Shown here piece by piece: positions 39,762 through 46,776 of a DNA stretch of 46,776 nucleotides. Within the stretch, counting starts at the first letter, position 1, and every line of letters begins with the position of its first letter. Source of the stretch: Psychromonas sp. (GTDB lineage: Bacteria > Pseudomonadota > Gammaproteobacteria > Enterobacterales > Psychromonadaceae); contig JAGLDN010000153.1 in NCBI GenBank assembly GCA_023145575.1, forward strand, positions 1 through 46,776, written 5' to 3'. Both the position numbers and the translations under genes were made by a program. The notes under the pieces were generated by a model. The model searched no databases. It saw only the letters and a program-made list of their open reading frames with translations, and was not told the DNA's origin.

Positions 39762-40754
39762 ATGCCCCTTCAACGAAATGGCGATAGTCACGAAAACAAC
39801 GTCTTTACATATATTGAATTTGGTTCGATCAATCGTAAAAAAGGCAAGAAAGAAGTATATGACTTCCGTGTTGATCAAAAAGCATATGACTGGTTGATGC
39901 ATGCTCGCTATTCTAATGATATATTTGCTTATAAGCTGATGACTGATGCCTTAATAACGTTGAATATTGAACAAATAATTAGCACTTTTAAAAATGAAAT
40001 TCATCATGATAATGATTTCATTTTCAACCTAAATAAAAAAATTGCGTTAGATATTACAGGTGACTCTTTTTTTGAATTAGGACAAACTCTTTATGGTTGT
40101 ATTGAGAGTATTGATTTTATTAATAAACTAGAGCAACATTTGTTTCCTGCAAATTCACAGAAAATATGTTTAAAAAATATTAAATGGTTCGGTGTTGATA
40201 TCTCATCATTTTTTAATTTTATGGCACGAAAAATACATGAAGGTTACAAAATAGATACATCAACCCTGCTCTGTGATGCACCTGCGCGTTATGATGTGTT
40301 TTACGCAAAGGGGGTTACCTTGTTATATGCCATTAACTCGGCAAGGGAACTATTTAATCTTGTAACTAACGCTAAAATAGCAGTATTTGATTACTCTATC
40401 AGTTTAACTGAACAAGAGGACACATATATTGGGACGGGCAAGTCTGTACGGTTCTTGAGTAAAGGTCAATTCAACTCTTTTGTTAAATTGGTACGTAGTA
40501 CAGGGAAAGATGTTTGGGTGAGGGGCAATCTAAAAGGTGATTTTAAAACCAACAGATTATATTTGGAAGTCGTAATCGCTGATGATTTTTTATTCAACAC
40601 TTTTATGAAAAAGCAAAATGATTATATTTTAACGTTACAAAAAAATGAGCCAATGCTCTTTGCAACCTTGGTACATAATAAAAATCCAAACTATTGCAAT
40701 TGGTCTAAATTTTCAGATAGTTGTATACCCATGAGTCTTCAAGATGCAAGGTAA
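39762..40754 (+). CDS. Hypothetical protein with degenerate class I methyltransferase fold
   Basis: FFELGQTLYG (motif I-like), WFGVDIS (motif II) and YDVFYAKGVTLLYA (motif IV-like) in canonical order. Confidence 0.5.
   Translation: MPLQRNGDSHENNVFTYIEFGSINRKKGKKEVYDFRVDQKAYDWLMHARYSNDIFAYKLMTDALITLNIEQIISTFKNEIHHDNDFIFNLNKKIALDITGDSFFELGQTLYGCIESIDFINKLEQHLFPANSQKICLKNIKWFGVDISSFFNFMARKIHEGYKIDTSTLLCDAPARYDVFYAKGVTLLYAINSARELFNLVTNAKIAVFDYSISLTEQEDTYIGTGKSVRFLSKGQFNSFVKLVRSTGKDVWVRGNLKGDFKTNRLYLEVVIADDFLFNTFMKKQNDYILTLQKNEPMLFATLVHNKNPNYCNWSKFSDSCIPMSLQDAR
40724..40749 (+). repeat. ERIC/MITE-like terminal motif (copy 2), overlapping the 3' end of ORF 39762-40754
   Basis: tatacccatgagtcttcaagatgcaa; 21/26 identical to 7512-7537. 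Confidence 0.55.
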
Positions 40755-40881
40755 TCAAAGGGAATTTTACAAAAGGGAAGTCATAATATTGTTCTCTGGC
40801 ATGATTAATGGCGTTATTAATACTAGAAATGCATTAAAGTGGAGACGTTAATTGTTAATTAATTATTCGAGATCAATATTA

Positions 40882-40905
40882 TATGCTCATTTAACCTAAA
40901 GATGC
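40882..40905 (+). repeat. ERIC/MITE-like terminal motif (copy 3)
   Basis: tatgctcatttaacctaaagatgc; 20/24 identical to 7512-7535. Confidence 0.5.
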
Positions 40906-41000
40906 TTGATCAGGTAAACTCATGTCTAACAATGCATGATTGGTTTCATGGCAATAATGACAGTATCAAAAGCCTCTAATAAGTTTTATACGGAGTCATA

Positions 41001-41522
41001 ATGGTTATTTGGTTAATTGGCTTGTCAGGCGCAGGTAAAACCATGATAGGCAAAGTACTTTATCAACAATTAAAAAACAAAAAACAGGCAACGGTGTTTG
41101 TTGATGGTGATGACATTAGGGCTATTTTTGCGCAAAGTTCACTACATGACTACTCAATTGAAGGACGGCGCATAAGTGCCGAGAGAATACAAGAAATTTG
41201 TTTATGGCTGGATAAACAAGGAATCGATGTGGTTTGCTGTAATTTGGGACTTTTTACCGATATTAATAATAATAATCGAAACATATTTTCAACTTATAAA
41301 GAAATATTTATTGATGTGCCAATTAAAAATTTAATAAATAGAGATAATAAGGGATTATATAGTGCTGCACTTAACGGCGAAAGATCAGACGTAGTGGGAA
41401 TTAATATCAAGTACACGACTCCTCTCTTTGCCGATTTAATTATAAAAAACAGTCAAAAGACAAAAGACATAAACAGATATGTTGAAAAAATAATATTAAT
41501 GATCAATAAGGACGTAATGTGA
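41001..41522 (+). CDS. APS-kinase-like protein; probable cytidine diphosphoramidate 3'-kinase (Cj1415-like)
   Basis: IWLIGLSGAGKT P-loop, VDGDDIR, RDNKGLY and VVG; co-operonic with Cj1416/17/18 homologs; RBS GGAG. Confidence 0.8.
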   Translation: MVIWLIGLSGAGKTMIGKVLYQQLKNKKQATVFVDGDDIRAIFAQSSLHDYSIEGRRISAERIQEICLWLDKQGIDVVCCNLGLFTDINNNNRNIFSTYKEIFIDVPIKNLINRDNKGLYSAALNGERSDVVGINIKYTTPLFADLIIKNSQKTKDINRYVEKIILMINKDVM

Positions 41523-42964
41523 ACGCTTATCCATATTGTTATGGCCCATTACTTGAAACACCACAGAATTATATGTACAGCCCCTATTTAGGCCCTGGAT
41601 TTATTTCTGATTGGGCTTTATCGCGAGGATCCTATTTAACTAAATTTGGCACTCCCGAGCTTATAGTGTTAACTCCACAATATTCTTTTTTCAGTTCAGA
41701 TCACCCTAATGCTTTTTCGACAAGAGCTATCATAGAACAGCTTTGCTTGGATCTAAGGGGGGGAAATAAAACCTCATATGATGTGACATACTGGCTTGAT
41801 CGTTTGCTAAAAAAATTCGAAGTGAGTAAACGCATTTACAAAAGTTATGGCAAAAATTCGCCACATTATATGATTAGAGAGAGTGGCTTTGAGGATTTAA
41901 ACCTTTATTTACTGTTCGCTGAAGTACTTGTTCATGCGTGGAAACACAAATCAATATCACAGTATATTAATGGATTACTGAAGTTAGTAGATACACTGAT
42001 ATCACAAACCGCTCTTTTAAATATAAAGCAAAAGAAACACCTAGCATGGGTTATAAATAAAGAAAAAATTATTTTAGATAGCATCATTAGCCGCTTAAAA
42101 TTAACAGAAATGAATGATTTTCAGCACGATTCAATTCAATTTGACTCATTGTCATTTAATGAGTATATGTCGCCACATATAGAGCCATCTTACTCTGAAT
42201 TTACATATAAGATGAATAATGATTGTTCTTATGATACTAAACAACACCCTAAGATATTACTTTTGTTTGGACATACTGTCCGATCAGCTAGTTATATCCA
42301 GGCCCTTTGCAATGCTAATATTACACCTCATTCTATTATTGCTTATGGTCAGCAACAAGAGCAACCGACATCATCAAGAATACTCAATATGAGTACTTAT
42401 TCTGATCTTTTTTCTCCTAATCTTCAATTAAATCTTCTACAAAGTTTGATCCAATCTCAATATTTATATACATTATCGACATCAAATGAGCTCTCTTCTC
42501 CTGATTTATTAAGGCAAATTGCTGAGGTAGATCCTGACTTAATTATTTATTCTGGATATGCAGGACAGTTAGTACCAGCATCCATTATTAGCAATTACCA
42601 TGTATTGCATATTCACGCTGGATGGCTTCCTGATTTTCGAGGCAGTACAACATTGTTTTATGAAATAATTGAGGAGAAGATGTGCGCTACCACTGCTATT
42701 TTATTAGATGAAACGATAGATACTGGTGACATTGTTGCTCAAAAACACTTTGCAATGCCGACACCTGGTATGGATGTAGATCATCTATATGATAATATGA
42801 TCAGAGCTGATCTATTAATCGAGATTTTAACGCATTATAACGAATCTGTAGAAGATTGGAAAATAACACCTCAAACCCAACATTGTTTGCCTTATTTCAT
42901 TATTCATCCTTTATTAAAGCATTTGGCGATGTTGATCATTGATAAAGAGAAAGTGGCTCTATGA
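41519..42964 (+). CDS. Fusion of an unknown helical N-terminal domain (~200 aa) and a formyltransferase (Fmt/PurN fold)
   Basis: C-half PDLIIYSGY.GQ, LHIHAGWLPDFRGST and LDETIDTGDIV. N-half has YMYSPY.G, LLKKFEV.KRIY and YINGLLKLVDTL. GTGA and ATGA overlaps with both neighbours. Confidence 0.78.
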   Translation: MNAYPYCYGPLLETPQNYMYSPYLGPGFISDWALSRGSYLTKFGTPELIVLTPQYSFFSSDHPNAFSTRAIIEQLCLDLRGGNKTSYDVTYWLDRLLKKFEVSKRIYKSYGKNSPHYMIRESGFEDLNLYLLFAEVLVHAWKHKSISQYINGLLKLVDTLISQTALLNIKQKKHLAWVINKEKIILDSIISRLKLTEMNDFQHDSIQFDSLSFNEYMSPHIEPSYSEFTYKMNNDCSYDTKQHPKILLLFGHTVRSASYIQALCNANITPHSIIAYGQQQEQPTSSRILNMSTYSDLFSPNLQLNLLQSLIQSQYLYTLSTSNELSSPDLLRQIAEVDPDLIIYSGYAGQLVPASIISNYHVLHIHAGWLPDFRGSTTLFYEIIEEKMCATTAILLDETIDTGDIVAQKHFAMPTPGMDVDHLYDNMIRADLLIEILTHYNESVEDWKITPQTQHCLPYFIIHPLLKHLAMLIIDKEKVAL

Positions 42965-45345
42965 CAATTGATCATCCTCAATTTATTTTTGGCAGCAAAT
43001 CGGAAACGTTAACGCGCCTTAAACCGTTATTAAACGAATCTACAATTTTACCAATGATATATTTTTCGCAAGAAGATTGGCAACATGATCGCAACCTAAT
43101 TTTAACAAGGATCAGAGCATTTTCATCGGCAGAAAAATTAATTATTAGGAGCAGTGCGAAAAATGAAGACAGCCATGAAAGCTCAATGGCGGGAGCTTAT
43201 TTAAGTTGTCTTAATATCTGCATTAATAATGAAACAGGGCTCATAAGCGCAATTGAAAAAGTTATCGGATCCTTTAGTGAATTTTCTCAAGCAGATAATC
43301 AAATATTAATTCAACCTATGTTAACTGATATCAACATGTCAGGTGTTATCATGACGCACGATATTGAGCGTGGCTCTCCGTATTATGTCATAAATTATGA
43401 TGATGAGAGTGGGTTAACCGATACCATTACTGGTGGCGTGGGCATTCACAAAACGGTACTTATTTACCGATATGTGTCGCGAGATAAGATTCATTCTACT
43501 CGCATAAAATCACTATTACTTGCTTGTACCGAGATAGAAAAATACTGTGCCAATGTGCCACTTGATATTGAATTTGCTATCAATAAATCGGGTAATGTTT
43601 ACATATTTCAAGTTCGACGTATTACTCTGATCAATACATGGCACCCTGTAACAGAGCGAAAAATAGCGAGAACGTTAAAGTATGTCACACAGTTTATTCA
43701 TCAAACGATGAACAAAAAAAAAGGGGTGTATGGTAAAAAAACAATACTGGGTGTTATGCCTGATTGGAACCCCGCAGAAATTATTGGCACAACGCCTCGG
43801 CCTTTATCTTCATCTTTATATCGCTATCTAATTACCGATTCTATTTGGCGGACATCACGTGCTGCAATGGGCTATTATCATCCTAAAAACGAAGACTTGA
43901 TGGTAATGATTGATCATCATCCCTATATTGATGTGAGAAATAGCTTCAACACTTTTCTACCTGACAAACTCTCAAGCAGCATTAAAGAAAAATTACTTAA
44001 CGCGTGGATAGCTAGATTAGAAAAATACCCTGAAATGCATGATAAAATTGAGTTTGAGATAGTTCAAACCTGTTTAGATTTTACTTTTGATCAGGATTTT
44101 GAAAATCGTTATAAAAATCTATTAAGTGCCTCTGAGCTGATCGAATACCGCAATGCACTTTGTTCATTAACCTATGACGCAATACTTATGGCAAAAAGTG
44201 GAACATTATCCCAAGCAACCACAATGATTAATGAACTTGCTATTGAACAATCAGTTCATGATTTGCAATCTCGCCAAGCAGATCTGAGCACAGTGCGGGA
44301 TTTATTAATTTCATGCAGAGATAAAGGCACTTATGCTTTTTCAATACTCGCACGTCATGCCTTTATTGCTGAGGCTTTACTACGATCAATTGTTTTTCGA
44401 GATGTGTTGAGTCCTGAACGTTCGCAACAATTTAAACAATCCATCCACACCATTACAACGAATTTAGCTTCTGAATATAGTGAAGTGTGCCAAGGTTTAA
44501 AGCCCGTAAAAGAATTTCTAAATATATTTGGTCACCTTCGCCCAGGTACCTATGATATTACTTCCCTTCGTTATGATGAGCGAAATGATCTTTTTAAGGG
44601 CTCTATTAACAAGACAATAACAAATATTGCAACTTCGTTCACTTTAAATAAATCTGAACGAAAAAAACTACGGTTGTTATTAAAAGAAGCTCAATTTTCA
44701 ATTGAGGTTGAACAACTTTTAACATACATGAAAAGTGCAATTAAAGGTCGTGAATTTGCTAAATGTGTCTTTACGCGTGACTTATCTGATGCGCTTGCCA
44801 CTTTGACGCAATGGGGACAAAAAAACGGATTATCACGGAAGGATCTTTCCTACCTTGATATCAACATTTTACTCGACACATTAACTAATCCATTACTTGA
44901 CGATCCTGACCGCGTTTTATTGCATTATGTAGAGAAGGCAAAACGTGAATGCGAGCAAGCAAACTCACTCAAGTTAGGGCATTTGATTTCAAATCCTAAT
45001 AATGTTTTTGTCATACCCATTCATCGTAGTTTGGCGAACTTTATCACCAGCAAAGTGGTTGAATCTGCCTTAAGTGTATTGTATTTAGACACACCTGCAA
45101 CAACGAAGTTAAGGAATAAAATAATCTGTATTAAAAATGCAGATCCTGGCTATGATTGGTTATTTACCAAAGGGATTGCCGGATTAATTACTCAATACGG
45201 TGGCACAAATTCACATATGGCCATCCGTTGTGCTGAGTTTTCTATTCCTGCTGCTATCGGTTGTGGTGAACAACTATTTTCTCGCATTCTCAAATCTCAA
45301 AAGTTAGTATTAAATTGCCGAGATAAAAAGATTGAGTTGTTGTAA
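42961..45345 (+). CDS. L-glutamine kinase (Cj1418-like; PPDK/PEP-utiliser family)
   Basis: ATP-grasp IIRSSA..ED, LIQPM and DIEFA..YIFQVR; central MPDWNPAEIIG and GHLRPGTYDI; phospho-His domain ADPGYDWLF..GGTNSHMAIRCAE; 794 aa. Confidence 0.88.
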   Translation: MTIDHPQFIFGSKSETLTRLKPLLNESTILPMIYFSQEDWQHDRNLILTRIRAFSSAEKLIIRSSAKNEDSHESSMAGAYLSCLNICINNETGLISAIEKVIGSFSEFSQADNQILIQPMLTDINMSGVIMTHDIERGSPYYVINYDDESGLTDTITGGVGIHKTVLIYRYVSRDKIHSTRIKSLLLACTEIEKYCANVPLDIEFAINKSGNVYIFQVRRITLINTWHPVTERKIARTLKYVTQFIHQTMNKKKGVYGKKTILGVMPDWNPAEIIGTTPRPLSSSLYRYLITDSIWRTSRAAMGYYHPKNEDLMVMIDHHPYIDVRNSFNTFLPDKLSSSIKEKLLNAWIARLEKYPEMHDKIEFEIVQTCLDFTFDQDFENRYKNLLSASELIEYRNALCSLTYDAILMAKSGTLSQATTMINELAIEQSVHDLQSRQADLSTVRDLLISCRDKGTYAFSILARHAFIAEALLRSIVFRDVLSPERSQQFKQSIHTITTNLASEYSEVCQGLKPVKEFLNIFGHLRPGTYDITSLRYDERNDLFKGSINKTITNIATSFTLNKSERKKLRLLLKEAQFSIEVEQLLTYMKSAIKGREFAKCVFTRDLSDALATLTQWGQKNGLSRKDLSYLDINILLDTLTNPLLDDPDRVLLHYVEKAKRECEQANSLKLGHLISNPNNVFVIPIHRSLANFITSKVVESALSVLYLDTPATTKLRNKIICIKNADPGYDWLFTKGIAGLITQYGGTNSHMAIRCAEFSIPAAIGCGEQLFSRILKSQKLVLNCRDKKIELL

Positions 45346-45965
45346 TGCATGAAAAACACACTTTTAAAGCTTTAATTTTTATAAGCCAACGAGTCGATTA
45401 CCTTAAAGAGCGTAATGAAACAAGAGATTCGATTGACCAAGCATTAACTCAGTGGGTGATCGCAGCTGATGCAATTCCCCTGTGTTTACCAAATGTTTTA
45501 TCAGAAGACATGCTAAATCAATTGCTAACACAACTAAAGCCAGATGGTATTATTCTCTCTGGCGGCAATAATATCGGCCAGTATTTGCAACGAGATAGCA
45601 CTGAACACTTTTTGTTTAATTGGGCGTTGTTAAACAAAATACCTGTATTAGGCATTTGTCGTGGTATGCAACTGATCGGTAAATTATCTGGCGTATCGCT
45701 AATCTCTGTTAGCGGGCATACGGCAGTAAAACATAAAATTGAGGGAATATTAAACGCTGATGTGAAGAGCTATCATGATAAAGTATTAGAGAATGTGCCT
45801 AGTGGTTTTAATGCATTAGCTTATGCTTTAGATGGACATCTAGAAGCCATTAAATCTACCTCAGATTGGCCCTGTGAGGCATGGATGTGGCATCCTGAAA
45901 GAGAAACCCCTTTTAACTCAATATGGCTAGCACGGTTTCGATCATTAATCAAAGAGAATAAATAG
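45345..45965 (+). CDS. gamma-glutamyl-CDP-amidate hydrolase (Cj1417-like; class I glutamine amidotransferase/peptidase C26)
   Basis: ISQRVD..ETRDSIDQ, LSGGN, catalytic GICRGMQ and MWHPERE. Confidence 0.85.
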   Translation: MHEKHTFKALIFISQRVDYLKERNETRDSIDQALTQWVIAADAIPLCLPNVLSEDMLNQLLTQLKPDGIILSGGNNIGQYLQRDSTEHFLFNWALLNKIPVLGICRGMQLIGKLSGVSLISVSGHTAVKHKIEGILNADVKSYHDKVLENVPSGFNALAYALDGHLEAIKSTSDWPCEAWMWHPERETPFNSIWLARFRSLIKENK

Positions 45966-46676
45966 ATGAAAGCATTAATATTAGCTGCTGGTAGAGGAAG
46001 TCGAATGAACGATCTCACAGAGCACCGCCCAAAATGTTTAGTTAAATTAAATGGAAAAACATTACTTGCCTATCAGTTAGCTGCGTTACAGGAAGCTGGG
46101 ATAACTGATATTGGCATTGTAACTGGCTATCGTGCAAAAATGCTTAGGCAATTTAACTTAACAGAATTTCATAATGCTCGTTGGTCACAAACTAATATGG
46201 TGCATTCGCTTAGTTGTGCTAAGACATGGCTAAAAGATGATTGTATCATCAGCTATTCAGATATATTCTATAGCGCATCAGCTGTTACCTTGTTGATTAA
46301 AACGAAAGCTGATATTGCGATTACCTACGATCCAAATTGGTTAGAGCTATGGAAAAATCGTTTTGAAGATCCACTCAGCGATGCTGAAACATTTCGCATA
46401 AATGATCACAATGAGTTAATGGAAATTGGCGGTAAGCCACAAAATATTGAGCAAGTGCAAGGCCAATATATGGGATTGCTTAAGTTTACCCCAATAGGCT
46501 GGGCTAGACTTGAAGAATTACGTCAAACGCTTACACCAGAATTACGAGACAAAATACACATGACAGGTGCACTACAAAACATAATTAAAAGGCGTATATT
46601 AGCGATTAAAGCAATCCCCTATTTGGAACGATGGGGAGAGGTTGATTCAGCAGAAGATTTAGCATGTTATCACTAA
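45966..46676 (+). CDS. CTP:phosphoglutamine cytidylyltransferase (Cj1416-like; LicC family)
   Basis: ILAAGRGSRM, PKCL, TNMVHSL, YSDI, W..RFEDPLSDAETF, GQYMGLLKF and W.EVDS..DL. Confidence 0.85.
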   Translation: MKALILAAGRGSRMNDLTEHRPKCLVKLNGKTLLAYQLAALQEAGITDIGIVTGYRAKMLRQFNLTEFHNARWSQTNMVHSLSCAKTWLKDDCIISYSDIFYSASAVTLLIKTKADIAITYDPNWLELWKNRFEDPLSDAETFRINDHNELMEIGGKPQNIEQVQGQYMGLLKFTPIGWARLEELRQTLTPELRDKIHMTGALQNIIKRRILAIKAIPYLERWGEVDSAEDLACYH

Positions 46677-46776
46677 TCGCCCTCTTGCCAAGCTCATATC
46701 ATATTACATAACTAGATTTATTTGTAATACCTAAAGAGCATGAGAATAAAAAGCTTTATCAGACGTCAACTACCTT

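Noticed and set aside
41001-41522. cysC for sulfate activation or glycan sulfation
   Set aside because: No cysD/cysN or sulfotransferase nearby; coupling to Cj1416-18 homologs favours a CDP-amidate kinase.
42961-46676. Phosphonate (C-P) biosynthesis or PEP synthase
   Set aside because: No PEP mutase (EDK..N motif) or phosphonopyruvate decarboxylase; the kinase has the ATP-grasp/central/C-terminal His layout and lacks a pyruvate-binding barrel.

Overview
AT-rich gammaproteobacterial window; the proteins look like those of marine Psychromonas/Alteromonadales (my inference, not searched). It has three parts. (1) 1-10.3 kb: housekeeping genes with signs of genome erosion: a frameshifted seqA pseudogene absent from the ORF track, then pgm, two decayed inverted IS701/IS4-like copies, glycogen/maltodextrin phosphorylase, a DUF406 protein, a DEAD-box helicase and hemB. 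(2) 10.8-15.5 kb: flagellin, flaG and fliD, with two tandem sigma28 promoters, a sigma54 promoter and terminators, followed by an IS630 remnant where fliS would normally be. (3) 17-46.7 kb: a ~30 kb, all plus-strand flagellar glycosylation island. It encodes Maf, a TPR-glycosyltransferase, pseF/I/G/H, an ACP-SDR-acyl ligase-LuxE-LuxC acyl module, TagF/TagD-like CDP-polyol enzymes, two apparent PRPP-dependent ribofuranosyltransferase systems (one fused, one split by a methyltransferase), a GT2 and an orphan TagF-fold protein. After an IS66 remnant comes a complete Campylobacter Cj1415-Cj1418-type phosphoramidate (P-N) pathway with an unknown-domain/formyltransferase fusion coupled inside it. 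The leading hypothesis is a pseudaminic-acid-linked flagellin glycan carrying ribofuranose, polyol-phosphate and a methylated and/or N-formylated phosphoramidate. All calls come from motif reading by eye; no database searches were run.
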